DNA of 63,779 bases, filler included, from Hausera hauseri (taxonomy: Eukaryota), in the NCBI GenBank assembly GCA_046269625.1. It is 11 parts of 11 records of this genome, joined end to end, with 100 filler letters (N's around TTAATTAATTAA, not from the genome) between each part and the next. Parts side by side here need not be neighbours in the genome. Positions count along the whole stretch, not along the records: positions 49,910 to 54,933 come from JBJURY010358598.1; positions 55,034 to 59,717 come from JBJURY010476464.1; positions 59,818 to 63,779 come from JBJURY010855967.1; 8 more parts are not named here. The stretch is one strand, 5' to 3'. The notes below the pieces were generated by a model. That model had not been told where the DNA came from, ran no database searches, and was given only the letters and a program-made list of their open reading frames with translations. Position 1 is the first letter of the stretch; each line of letters opens with the position of its first letter. Below, piece by piece: positions 49,810 through 63,437 of this stretch. The position numbers were made by a program, and so were the translations under genes.

Positions 49810-49909
49810 NNNNNNNNNNNNNNNNNNNNNNNNNNNNNNNNNNNNNNNNNNNNTTAATTAATTAANNNNNNNNNNNNNNNNNNNNNNNNNNNNNNNNNNN
49901 NNNNNNNNN

Positions 49910-50051
49910 TTTCTGACTGTGTGTCTCCTATCTCCGCCCTATTAATCGTGCGTGTGTGTATCGTTTTTTCTACCCCATGACTCATCCGCGAACCAAAAAA
50001 AATTTTCTTCCCCGGGGGGGGGTTGGCGTCATGTGCTCACATTCTACTACT
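49910..50051 (-). repeat. Maverick-type terminus, family 2 (ends ATTCTACTACT, i.e. 5'-AGTAGTAG)
   Basis: Reverse complement of 37534-37675. Confidence 0.7.
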
Positions 50052-50139
50052 TTTAATGTCACTAAAATTATTTCGGTACACTTTTTTTAATAATAAATGT
50101 CAGACTGATAAAGTGAACGATTAGGCACATAACGTAACC

Positions 50140-50563
50140 AGTCACGTGACACACGTGGCGCGTGCGCGTAACCCGTGATGCGTGGGATGGCGGCTCTGTG
50201 CTAGAAATCCTGATTTATTTCGCCTACTTTTCCTCCTCCTCCTCCTCATCCTCTTTGACCGACGACTTTCCCACTTTTCCAAAACATGCGAACCCCATGT
50301 TTCCCATATCATTCGAATGCCCATACTCTACTCTACACTTTCTCCTATCCATTTCTGCTCATATTTTGCTTCTGGAAAAAGTTCGTTTTTTGCTTTTGCA
50401 TTTCCCGGCTTTGTGTTTTGCGACACACCAAAACCGACCTCACCATTCAACTCGCCGTTGTCCAATTGACCAATCAGCATGCGAGCGTTACATGCTTGGT
50501 CAATTGGTGAGTGGGTGGCCCCCGCCCCCGTTCTTGTTCCAGTCTCATCTTTTTTCCCCTACT
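50140..50563 (-). repeat. Maverick-type terminus, family 3 (ends TTTTCCCCTACT), with an internal hairpin at 50462-50507
   Basis: Shares CCCATAT.ATTCGAA.GCCC and CACCATTCAA.TCGCC....AATTGACCA with the reverse complement of 54181-54780. Confidence 0.55.
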
Positions 50564-50799
50564 TGTATACTTGTATTATACTATCTGACTGTGGTTTTAG
50601 TAAGTTACATTTTGCCTGATAACTATTTTTAAATAGTGTCACAATTTTGTTATTATACCACGTTCGGCAGCTTATTTGAATGTCATAATTTACTTTTTCT
50701 TTCATGGAAAACACAATTTTATACTGCTGGATCAAATACTTAATGGGTATACTTTCTAAATCTTTTCAGATGTTTTCTCAGAAATGGCAGCTTCCGTGA

Positions 50800-53700
50800 C
50801 AGTACTCATTTAAATAGTTGGTTTTCTCGTTGTTGCCTCAATTTTCCATACCGATCTTCCGGATAATATCTTCCAGAGAAAATATTTAATTTATTAGGTC
50901 GGAGTTTATAAAGGTCGAAATATATTTTATACTCATGACCTATCGGTATTTTACAACATGGATTCGGTATTGTGGACCCAATGCCACAATATTCTGGTAA
51001 TGGGGCTAATTTATTTAATTCGTTAAATCGAATTGAGATTGTCCGTTAACATTCCTTTCGTTTTGATCTAACATTCGTTTTTGTGGAACAGTTGATTTTT
51101 TTTTAATTGAATTTTACTTTGAAACGTCGATCAATCGAAGGTATAATTATTTGAGATTGTGGGTTCACTTCGGCATAGACCTCATTTGAATTTGGGAAAT
51201 ACAAATGGCAAGTGAGAATATGAGTATCCGTAGTTTACGTCACAATATTTTGTGTAATTACCTGGTTTGGAATCACAACTGATTATCGCTTTCCTCGTTT
51301 TATTAGGTAGTGTTATCTGAAATCTTCAAAAATTGCGGTATTGTTTTGTGTTCTTAATCCAACACACATAGATTGGGAAGTAAACTAGTAGGCCGTCATC
51401 GTTTGTAATAACTTGGTGTCTAGTTTCATGATTTCTTCAGCGGTCAATTTCTTTTCCTTTATTACTGTTTCTTGTTTTAATCCGCTTTTACGAATTCTAT
51501 AAACATCTTCTAAAGTAGTTTCATCGTCCTGCCACTGGACCTTAGTTTTCGGTATGTTCGAAGCAATTAATGACAATGGTAATATTATGTGCACGTGAGA
51601 TATTTGTCTGGGTATTATATTAGACCCTTTTGCTTCTCTTTTGTTACTATTCTGATGTTCGTTCTTCGATCGCAAATTATAACGTTTATTCGGTTTTCTT
51701 TCCGTTTTGACAACTTGAATTGACAGAACTCCTTCTTAACCATCTGTATTAATATAAACTGTAGTAGATGTCGTTCTGATAATCTCGTATTGTCCTCTTC
51801 GGGAACGAATCATCTTTAAAGATGTGCCTTTCCTGGATACTGGGTAGTGCACGTATACCCAATTTCCCTGTTCCAAATTTTATGGTTTCGCTTTCTTATC
51901 ATACTGCTTGTTAAATTGTTCTTGATATTCTTGAGATAATTCTTTAGAAATTTTCCAACATTCTGTACCCGAGAAATTTTGTTCCAAATCTTCGGGATTA
52001 ATTGTATATATGGCATCATTCATAAATCTGTCGGTAATATGGCTTCTATTCTATACATAATTAAAAATGGTGTGAATCTGGTTGTGGGGTATGGTGTCGT
52101 ATTAATAGCAAATTGAGTTCCTTCTAAGAATTCATCCCGATATTTTTGGTCTTTTGCGACTACTGTTCACAGAATACGTATAACAGTTGCGTTCAAACGT
52201 TCCACCATTCTGTTACATTGGGGATGGTATGTGGTCGTAGTTAATCGTTAGATTTCGAATATTTTGATAATTTTGTTAAATAGTTCGCTCGTGAAGTTTC
52301 TTCCTCGATCCGTCAAGTTCTTATCAGGAGGTCCGTACCTTCAGATAACTTTTCTTTCTACGGCTTCAGCTACAGTATCGGTCTTTTGGTAGACTAGTGC
52401 TATTAACTCCATGAAGTGAGTTAGCCGATCAATACAGGTCAGAATATATTTGTTATTTCTGTGGATTATAGGCAGCATTCCTACAATATCATTGACATAG
52501 CTTGCATGGGCCTATCTAGTACGTTTATTTGTTTTAATTCCGCTATGTAATTTTTCACTTTTCGCTGTTTGGATGTGCATACTTCATAAGTGCGTACCCA
52601 GTTTTTCACATCGATGTAAATACTTGACTCAGAATATTTATTGATTATTTTTAATAGTATCTTCTACGAGGACATAAATCCAGCTAAGTACAATCGTGTT
52701 CGGCCATTAAAACCTCTGTTCGCAATCCCTTTGGAATGACTGTTAATTTTTGTCCTTTACACTTATAGTGTAAAATATTTTCGTGAACCTTATCACTCGA
52801 AACACAGTATTTATGTCCATGTCTCTGTAAATGTTTCCATAGCTGGTGTCATATTAGTATTACATCCTTTTCTAAAATTATATAATCTGCTTGGTGACTC
52901 TATCCTTCTTCTCTTCTATCAAAATTATAGTTGCTTTATCCCATGTTAAGGTGCGTTGTTTGTCTACTAACTCTTCGGGTTGAGTTTCTTTCATTATAGT
53001 GATAGCATTCGTTTTAGTTTTTAACCTCGATAAGGCGTCAGTATCTACGTGTTTACTTACAGACTTATACTGAAATTCGATGTCATCACGAGATTTATTC
53101 AATCCATCGGTTGAGTCTACATGTCGGATTATTCGCTCTGCCCTTTAACGTCGTGACGGCTTTATAGTCAGTAACAATTATGACTTTCTGTCCATAAACA
53201 TAGTCGTTAAAATGTCGTAACACTTCCTTTACCCCTAATGTTTCTAATTCTGTAACTGAATAATTTTTCTCGGCCTTCTTTAATGAACGTCCTCCATATG
53301 GGATCGGGTGCTGTATCTCTTTATTATCTCGTTTCTGAGATAATTCGTATTCGATGCATTCTTTACTGGCCTCGATTTTCATTATAACTGGTAGATTAAA
53401 ATCGGAATATCTTAAGACTGGTTCGCTCGTTCAAATTTTTTTCATTTCGTCGAAAGCTTTTCGTTCGACGTCAGTCCACTTCCACTTAATTCCTTTCTTA
53501 AGCAAGCGATATAACGATGCATTTATTTTCGAGTTACCTGGAACATACATGACATTGTACCCACACAAATTTAACCAATGTCTTAATTCTATTTTTGAGG
53601 CTCAATATCATCTGATATTTTATTCAACAATGATTTATCTGGTCTTGATCTTCCTTCTCCGACTACATAAGATACTGCATTTTAAGCCCATTTACATTTC

Positions 53701-54180
53701 TTATAGTTTAGTTAAAATCCTGCTTGCTCTAATCGCATGAGTATATCTTCAATATCCTTTAAGTTCTCTTCTTCCGTTCGCGATGCTATCTTTACATCGT
53801 CTAAGTAAGTGAGCACATTATCCAATTTCATTAACATTTTATTCACCAATTTTGTGAAAATAACCGGTCCAGTTTTGATACCGAACGGCATGATATTAAA
53901 TACGTACACGCCATCGTGCGTTTTGAACGCCGTTCTACAACGGTCTTCGTCTTCCATTTTTACCTGCCAGTATCGGGATTGTAAATCCAAAGTGGTAAGC
54001 CATTTTGTTCCTGAGAGTTTGTCTTAAGCTTCCTTTACGGATGGCAGTGGGAAAGAGTCTTTCATCATGAGAGTGTTCAGTGCTCTATAATTGATATAAA
54101 ATGGATGTTTTGTAGCACCCTTCTTTTTAACGATAAGTATCGGCGAATATCAAGATCGGTAACTTGGCCTAATATATCTT
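50800..54180 (-). pseudogene. pol: Further copy of the complex gypsy pol (RT-RH-IN) plus fused signal peptide/ectodomain
   Basis: SPILIVKKKG, DLQSRYWQV, TYLDDV, NYSVTELE, HVDTDALSR; RYNLRSK...RQISHVHIILPLSLIASNIPKTKVQWQDDETTLEDVY. Confidence 0.9.
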
Positions 54181-54780
54181 ATTAGGTAGATATGCTGGAT
54201 CTCGGCCATGGGGAGAAGAAACACTGAAAATGGAAAAGTTGCTGCTGGACAATGAGTGGTTTCTGGTCAATTCAAGTATGGCGAATTGAATGGTGTACAT
54301 CGTGAAGCCATGTAATCCTAGGAGAAGTCAGGAAATGCAAAAGTATGGGATTGATTTCTTCGGAAGCAAATTAGAACAGTAATAGATGGAATGATTTGTT
54401 GTTTGGATGACGGGCGTTCGAATAATATGGGATAATGGGAGTTGGCATAAATACCCCAAGCGGGATAATCAATCAAAAAGTGGCCCAGATTTAGCATTGG
54501 TCTGTGGGACAGAAGTGAAAGTTGATCAATCCAATCAGTGATGGTTTCCGAATGCCGGGGTTCTTATGAGCCCAACGGCGAAGTTAGAACGAATGAAAAA
54601 TACATTGTGGTAGAACGAGAACAGTTTAAAGAAAAACCAGAAATGTTGAGCAATATGCAGGAAATTGGTATAGGTTGATGCAGAATATCGGGATGAATGC
54701 ATGGACGAAAATAAAACCAAAGAGAAGCCGAGAAATGCACAAGAAAGTATGACAAAAAAGTGACTTTTCGATATGCGTCA
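54181..54780 (+). repeat. Maverick-type terminus, family 3 (ATTAGGTAG, degenerate AGTAGGTAG), interrupting the gypsy RT
   Basis: RT homology stops at 54180; the sequence beyond is homologous to 50140-50563. Confidence 0.55.
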
Positions 54781-57199
54781 AACGTAACGAATTACGAGTA
54801 ATTCGTAATTCGCAACAAGTTGTAAATATTAAAAATATCTATTTTTCGTTTTACAAATAGCTAAAACGACAGATAATTCGTTATTTGAACAATTTAAACT
54901 AAAGTTTTTTATGGACAGATAAAACTTCAAAATNNNNNNNNNNNNNNNNNNNNNNNNNNNNNNNNNNNNNNNNNNNNTTAATTAATTAANNNNNNNNNNN
55001 NNNNNNNNNNNNNNNNNNNNNNNNNNNNNNNNNCACCGAAGGACCAGCGTCCTATACATTCGTACTTCCCACGAACTACAACCGCCGAAATTTCGTGTAT
55101 AAATTGTATTAATAAATATTGTTTATAGAAATTGGATTTGTATAAATAAATATTGTTATGGTATTAGATTTAGTTTTAAAAGGTACTAAATTATATCCTA
55201 AAACAAATTACGATTGCATTACGAACTGGTATCTGCAGTCGATTGACCGTAATGGTGAATTCACGATTAACGATATACCGAAAGAAAATCGTCATATCAC
55301 TTGAAGTAATGCAAAAGAAAATATGCTGTCAATGTAGGTTAGCGAGATGCCCGAATTGCGGATATGACTGATATGACCGATTTGATCGTAGAAATAGGAC
55401 AGGGATAATTACGTTAACTGATTTAGTCCGGTAAGTATACCAATAAGACACTCCGTTAAAGAGTATTGGCTGGGATAATAGTGTCCGGATACTGAGATGA
55501 ATAGTATTCCACTTGATGACATTTAAACCGTCAATATATAGTAATTCGACTTGTGAATCTTATACCAATTATGAGGACTGGAGTACTAAATTATTCAGAA
55601 CGGTAACATTTAGAATAGTAGGTAAGTGTACGAGATGTTATTGCGGATACAAGGCACATTTAAATCAGAGTGATAATGAAGTATATATCGGTCCACCCCT
55701 GATACTGACTGAAATGATTACAGGTAAATATCGAGTCTAATGTTTGGTTATGAGATCAGTTTGCGCCTTGTGGTCTCTCAGCATCATTTTATTCATCTAA
55801 GATTTATAAACATGGTGATTTAACAACATTTGCAAATAAATATTAAGTATAGTATAGAAATGGATATCACGTATTGATCTACTTTTAGCCGATTTTAGAT
55901 CTAATTGTGACGAGGTAAATATGCATATTAGTCGGTTTTAATTATTCTCAATTGGGTAAATGTTGACCGGCTTCAGATATTAATGTGTGGATAAAACAAA
56001 TTTTCGTCCATGCGCATGTGTAGTGAATTCAATATTATAGTCGATATGTGTTTCGGGAACTTCTTGGGATATTTGATATAATAGAATAACTATTGAATTG
56101 TCCCGAAATTTTTGGAATAATCCGGCATCAAGTTAAGTATTAATCTAATTGGGGAGCTCACAACATTGTCTAAAACCGGACCTGTGATGACTACCTGTGA
56201 AATTGATGGATTATTCACGCTAGTTAAAAATGGTAATTCCAGGAAGAAGCCATTTGGTATAGCCCGATAGAGAAATGGTCACGAATAAACTGAAAGGATC
56301 AGGACCTTGAACTAATAAATATATACATATATATTTGTAAACAGATTTTGGTGTGTTTATATCGAATCTGACATTAAATGGGATTAATGGCGATACATTA
56401 AAGATTCCCCCTAAACAAATACCGTCCATGATAGCATGAATCGGCTGTCCAAGACGTCGTCTTGAATGGAGTCTAAATTGATTACGAATGAGTATCGTTA
56501 CAATATGGATTTATACGCACATCTCAGATGGTAAGTTGACCACCTCTGTGAAATTATATGCAAAACTTGGGAAGGTCGTCATCTGATGTTTATACTTACC
56601 ACGTGTAATTACCCATAACATAGTTTACCTGTCTTCTATCCTGATTAGGTCGAATAGTGTAAAATGAAATAACGTTCCACTTAGCTTCACTGACATGTTT
56701 TCGATCGAATGCTCACACCAGTCGCCCCTAGCCAAAGAGAAAGTCACTTTTCAAACTCAGAACATCTGCATAACAATTCTACGTGAATCGCCTAAAGGGT
56801 GCAGACAATGTCATATTGTCGAACCACCATCGAACTCTTACGCCTTCGGACTAACCTCTTTAGATACATAAGGATTTGATTTATATGTTGGGTTGTTCAC
56901 GACGGATTATTAGCTTAGATACAAGTTCAACCTGAACCAGTCTATTTACTCGGTGACCCTTCATTGACAACGTATGCCAGGGAATGAATTTGGACCATGA
57001 AATTAGTCGGCCTGAAAGTATCACATATATCCATTTTACATAATTTCTTGATTACGTAATTATTATCATCATTTTGAAAACATTCAATCTCAATTAAAAA
57101 GCACAGACATTTGAAACCATAAAATTTATTGAAGTACACACAACATTTATACCAATACAACAAACATCATGTTTACAAGTTGTATTGTTCAATTAACGA

Positions 57200-57510
57200 A
57201 CCTATTCAATAGTTTCCACAAATTAGACAATGGATTTTGTTACTGTATTGAGTTATATTTCACTAACCGGGGAATTCGATCCACCGTTGTCACAAGCTTT
57301 GGTTGATAGAACACACCAAGTGGGTCGAAAACACGAATTACATTCGGTCGGATGCAGATAGCAAGCCAATGTTTGTCGGATAGATTTCTTTTGTGTGAAT
57401 TAATGACGTATGCTCCAACGTATAAGTAATCGGGAATCCGTTCGATTGAATAGACGTCTTTAAACTGATCACTCAAGTGTTGTTTCAAAGCCGTTTCAAT
57501 CTGAAATGTT
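57200..57510 (-). pseudogene. Maverick cysteine protease, second copy
   Basis: FKDVYS, YVINSH...KHWLAI, VFDPLG, NSIQ*QNPLSN + CGNY (shifted frame). Confidence 0.85.
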
Positions 57511-57593
57511 CAAAATAAATAAATATAGTAATGTACATGTAAAAAATAGAAAACTACTTCATGTCCATGCACTTCACGTACTTTGATCCTTGT

Positions 57594-58550
57594 TTATACT
57601 ACGACAACATTTCCATCCTTTGAAATCGGGAGTTCAGTATCGAAAACCGTCTCTGGTTCCTTCAAGGCTGTTTTAAATCGCACATCCAATTTCAAATTCC
57701 CCATCTTGGGTAATTGTGCTTGATATACTTCAAAGTCCGGATCGAGGACAAATGTGAAATGGCAGCATGAGTTCTTGAAATCCGTTTTGATCATGGTTCA
57801 ATAAACCCATATTGCAGATAATGAATTGTACATATTCCTCTGTGTAACCGGACATTCCTTCGGCAAGGTAAGTATGGTATATTTCACTGTAGTCAATATT
57901 TATCGTTTGAGTGATTAATTTAATTTCATCATTTGCAAATATAGTAAAATGAGCTATAATCACCACCGGATTTCTATGGCGACTAAAATGCAACCAACAC
58001 GAATTTTGGCATTCGTTCATCGGAAAACAAGTTGTCCTTGTATTCATGTGTGAAGATTGTGATAATGTAAAACCCACCACTTTCGTTTTCTGGAATGTAT
58101 ATATGGCATTCTTATGGTCTAATCCTCGATGATGGCCTATCATTATGGATTGATCTACACGCACCCATCGAACCAACAATTTAGTCTATAATAAATGGTT
58201 GAGGGTTCAGTGCTACCGTTTCTTCTACTACCTTAGTGTACTTGTAGACTACTGCTCCAATTTCTCCTTAGTTTGATGTTCACATTGACTTCAGGTAACA
58301 GGAATTTTGGCTGATCAAAGAAATCAAGATTCAATATACCACAGAGTATGAGTATAGTTGGCTCTTTCATCCATTCCTTACGCTTAGCGTTATCCTTATT
58401 GTAACCAATTGATTCCAAAAATGTTGTTTTTGTGTCATTTCCAAAGTTGAGGCTTATCTCAATTGCCATTCGTATGTATGTATAATTACTGTCTTACACT
58501 TTTACATTGTTTAACGTCCGTGTTGTTTCTTTGAAAAGTGAATGATGCAG
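57594..58550 (-). pseudogene. Maverick major capsid protein, second copy, N-terminus cut off at 58551
   Basis: HSLFKE, IEISLNFG, LDFFDQPKFLLPEVNVNIKLRR, LLVRWVRV, FTFVLDPD, GNLKLDVRFKTAL. Confidence 0.88.
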
Positions 58551-59717
58551 AGTAGTAGGAAGTGTCCTCTCTACCACACGTCTCTGATTGGTCAAAAAAC
58601 CTGATTGGTTATTTCGAACATTTCACTAATACATTTCTCACGAACCCCTCCCCCAAACAAAATGGGGTCGAGCAAAGAGGTTCGGACCAGGTGATATCGT
58701 AGCGCGTGAGGAGGTGATCAGAAGTTAACTGAGGTGAGGCTTACAGAAAGGAAAGGGAGAGGCGCTAGAAGAGGAAGATGCAAAACAGGAAATGCTCCAA
58801 ATGTAACACGAAATATGTTGCTAGCACTGACAAAATGTGTACAATGAGTAAATCGATATTGGCCATTGCAACGGACACTGTTGCAAGTCGGTCAGACCAT
58901 GGGAATATGGGGAAAATCGATTGGAAAATTTCAAACTGGTAAAATTTCCCCATGTTCAAGTCTGCCGGTTGTGAAAGTGGGGAAATTTTTATTGAAATTT
59001 TTGTTGGGGAAAATTTCATATTATAATCGCCTCACGATCGGACCAATAGATCGCGGTGCAAAATGCAAGCGAACGAACGAATGAACGAAAAAACACAATG
59101 TTAAAGTAAAAATCATTAAGTAGGTAGAAGTGTCCTCTCCCAACCACTTCCCAAAAAGTGCTCAAATCGAGCTGAAAACTAGTTTTCCCCACCTATCATG
59201 TTTTGTAGTCGAAGATCTCCCCCAGCCGGAAGTACATGTCACCGGCGGAAATCGGTAGAGCTGGATGAGGCGATAAAAATTTTTTAGTGCGGCGAGAGTC
59301 AAAAATTTTACTGCACGGTGCTAAAATCAAATGAAGTAAAACAGGAAATGTTTTATGAGAAACAATGCACGAGTTACGAATTGCGCAATGTTTGGTGCAA
59401 ATGTCAAATCAATGTCGGGGTATCGAATGCGCACAATCTCAATGTTGTCTGACCATGGGAACATGGGGAAAAATTGACGGGAAAATTTCAAACTCTAAAA
59501 ATTTCCCATTGTTCAAGTCTGCTGGTTTTGGATATTGGTTGAGCACGTGGCCCATCAGTAGTTGAGCATTTCATATTATACCTGTTTCACGACCAGACCA
59601 ATGGATCAGGGTTAAAAATGCAACCGAACGAGGGAACGAACGAACGAACGAAAAAGTGCATTGTTAAAAAGTTTTAAATCATCATCGTTGTAAATGCATT
59701 CGTTTTGTAAAATGTTG
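58551..59717 (+). repeat. Double Maverick-type terminus (outer unit B from 58551, inner unit A from 59119), abutting the MCP gene
   Basis: AGTAGTAGGAAGTG at 58551 and AGTAGGTAGAAGTG at 59119; reverse complement of 9050-10255. Confidence 0.8.
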
Positions 59718-59817
59718 NNNNNNNNNNNNNNNNNNNNNNNNNNNNNNNNNNNNNNNNNNNNTTAATTAATTAANNNNNNNNNNNNNNNNNNNNNNNNNNN
59801 NNNNNNNNNNNNNNNNN

Positions 59818-62606
59818 CATCACTGTCCTTAATAATGAAAACAAGTGTTTCATATATGTCAATCTATCAAAACTCGTAGCGGATCAAAACCATGCTTCAC
59901 GAGTCAAAGTATACAGAAAAATCGAGCACAAGTATGACTTCCAATGTACTAAGTTCACGCCATCCATAGATGAAGTCAAAAATTCGGGCGACTCAACAAC
60001 ATATCAATCAAGATCTTTGGATTGTATGATGAGGACAAATTCTATCCGCTACAAGTGTGTGATGTGGAATTGGAAGATCATAGGGATCTGCTCTTGCAAG
60101 ACGGCAGAGTGCGTCTAGTCACATATTAAATTACGAAACATACATCAATAATCGAAATATGCAAAAGATGCCTGTCCCATTTCAATGTTGATGCAGCAGT
60201 GAACAAGCTGCAGGAGCACAATATATACTGCATCAACAATTATTGTATCAGATTAGAATTTTTCAAGGAGGACGACATCGAATATAAGGAGTTCGAGAAG
60301 ATGGTGAAAGTTTTAATAGTGATCTATTGAGACTTTAAAGCTATACTGAGTCCAGTTCAGAGCTGCAGCCTTAATCCACAACATAGCAGTGCAACAGTAT
60401 ACCAATATCATGAAGTCTCATCATATTGTATGTATGCCACAGGACTGGACAAGTACCCATTACTATTCAGAGGTTCAAATGCCGTAGCACGTTTCATGAA
60501 GAGATTGGAAGACATGGCTCATAGAATTGAAATTACGCTGCATTAGCACAGGTAGTAGGATACAATGGCCATGTCAAAGAATGAACATGAAGAATGCTAC
60601 TTGTGCTTCAAATCACTCATTAAGGAGAATCATATAGTCAGGGTTATATAGGAAAGCATCTGCAACAACTAATATCTACTTTGTAGAACAGTGACATTTG
60701 TACCTGTAATATTCCACAACCTAAGTGGATATGATTCTCACTTTATTGTTCGAGAACTAGGAAACATTGAAGTAATCCCCAACAGTGAGAAGTATATCAC
60801 CTTTACAAAACATGTTGGAAAAATCCGGTTTCACTTCATAGAAAATTTCCGATTCATGTTCTCTTCACTTGACAACTTAGTGAAAAATCTCCCATCAGAA
60901 GAACTCAGGAAAACGAAGTGGTTCTTTCCAAATACATTTGATCTAGTAAAAAAGAAAGCAGATTTTTTGTATCATTACGTCACATGAGGGAAAACGCAGG
61001 ATGAAACAGCTCTGCCGACCAAGAAGGAATTTTACAATATCCTCTCACACCGTGATATCAGTGATATGTACTGTCACCATGCCTAAAAATGTCTGGGCGG
61101 CATTCAAATGCCAAACAATAGGTGAATACAGCGACATATACTTCAGAACGGATGTGCCGCAGCTGATGGATGTATTTGAAAGCTTCCGGGATGTGACATT
61201 AACGGGCCACAAGTTGGATCCATGTCATTTCTTTACCGCTTCAGGAATTAGTCGGGCAGCAATTATGAGATATACCGGTATTAGACTGCAGATCATGAAG
61301 GATTATAACATAATCCTCATAATTGAGAGAGGCATTAGAGGTGGAATATGCCAGCTCATTCACCGATATAGTGAGGCCAACAACAAGTACGATCTATCCA
61401 ACCCATCATCCTATTTAACATAGCTAGATGCCAACAACTTATATGGATGGGCAATGAGAGCCCCCTTGCTATATGATGACTTCAAGTGGATCGAGCATCC
61501 TGAAAACATCCCTATATTGGACCTGGATCCCACTGGAGATACGAGATACATTCTGGAGTTGGATATGAAATATCCGGATTCTATTCACGCAAGGTATTAA
61601 CAGCTACCTTTCCTCCCTAAAAGCAAACCTCCGCCCCATGGAAAGCTTATAAAGCTGCTTTGCCATCTGGATAGCAGGGAGAGGTATGCAGTTCATTGCA
61701 TCAATCTCCAGAAGGAGGTCAGAAATGGACTCCGCATCACGAAGATCCATCGGTTCCTGCAGTTCAGCCAGTTCAACTGGCTACAGCCGTACATAGACCT
61801 CAGTAGGAAGCTGCGGGCCAATGCCAAAACGACTTCGAAAAGGATCAATTTAAGCTGTATAATAACAGCGCTTTTGGCAAGACGATGGAAAACATCCGCA
61901 GCAGGATCAACATAGAACTGGTCTGTTAGTGGAAGCAAGCCAAGAAGCTGATAGCCTAGTTGCACTTGTACAGCAGCGGCATATACACGGAGTATTTGGT
62001 CAGTATTTATATGCTCAAAACATAGCTCGAGTTCAGTAAGCCAATATGTGTGTGCATGTCCAACCTGGACTTGTCAAAGACCTTGATATACGACTTTCAT
62101 TACGACATCATGGTCCCCACATGCTAGTCTACAGAGCCGACGTAGATGTATAGTGACAGTTTCATTTATCAGATCCATTCGAAGGACATCTATGCAGACT
62201 TTGCTAAATTGACTCAGAATATGTATACATCTGACTATCCAAACGAGCATCCCAACTATTCAATAACCAAAATAAGGTCATTGGGAAATTCAAAGTCGAG
62301 GTAAATGGGGCAATTAACTCGCGATTTGTGACGCTGCGGAGCAAAATGTACTCAATCGATATATGTGACCAAGCAAAGAAGCATGCTAAAGGGTTTCAAA
62401 GATTCAAGAAGATCACTTTCGCGTATTATGTGAGAGTTATGCAGGAACAGACTCATATTATATCAGAGATGCAAAGGATCCAGTCTAGGGATTGTAACAT
62501 CCATACATTAACACTGCATAAGAAAAGACTAGATTGGATGGATGACAAGAGGAAGATCCTGAGCGATGGAATTCACATACTACCCCACGGACATGTGGCA
62601 TTGTAA
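59818..62606 (+). pseudogene. polB: Maverick protein-primed family B DNA polymerase
   Basis: IY*DFKAIL (ExoI), FHNLSGYDSHFI (ExoII), TDVPQLMDVFESFR (ExoIII), GIRGG, LDANNLYGWAM (motif A), FKLYNNSAFGKTMEN (motif B), YSDSFI (eroded motif C), LRSKMY, DDKR..LPHGH. Confidence 0.93.
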
Positions 62607-62799
62607 ATATTGTTATTCATTGTTGTTCATTGTTTAATAAATGTTGTATATAAATATCGTGTTGTCTTCTTGATCAAGTAATGTGGGATATAGGATACGA
62701 CCAAGTAAAACTAAGTAACTACTATATAGGTTAAGACCAACTTATTTCATAACACATTTATTTAGTAACAATATAACTTTGACATAGCTCTAAACACTT

Positions 62800-63260
62800 T
62801 TAGTGTGTGTGTGCTTGTCATTGCTTGTAAAATGTAAGTAACCTGAGAAAAGATATATCCCAGATATATGTCAGTATGCTTGTGCATGTAAAATGTAAGT
62901 AACTTGAGAAATGAATGATTAAGATATATGGTGTGTGCTTATGTGCATGTACATGTCTGTGCATGTAAAGTGCAACTAACCTGAAAAAAGGTATATCTCA
63001 GGTATATATGTCAGTGTGTGTATGTGTGTGCATGTGCATGTATGTGCATGTAAAGTGCAACTAACCTGAGAAAAGGTATATGTCAGTGTGTTTGCAATTG
63101 TGAGTGTTTCTCTGTGTTTGTAAAATATGTGTCCTGAGAAAATGTGTAGCTCAGATGTATGTATGTGCATGTATGTAAAATGCAACAAACTTAGGAAAAA
63201 TTATAGCTTAGTTATATGTCTGTATGCTTGTGCATGTGTGTAAAATACAAGTAATGTTTA
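62800..63260. repeat. About 6-7 degenerate 57-85-bp tandem repeats (GCATGTAAA.TG.AA.TAACCTGAGAAAAG.TATAT..GTCAG)
   Basis: Anchors near 62840, 62901, 62978, 63063, 63132, 63188. Confidence 0.8.
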
Positions 63261-63437
63261 GCTAATATGTGTAATATGCTGATAATATAGATTGGGTAAT
63301 ATAAGAACAATTTAGGTTAAATACAAGATAGATCATTTATATGAGATATATCTGTAATTATTCAATAAATCAATACAATGCGCCAATACATTTATAAATA
63401 AAACTAAGACTTGTATTATTCTGTCATTATTTCAAAA

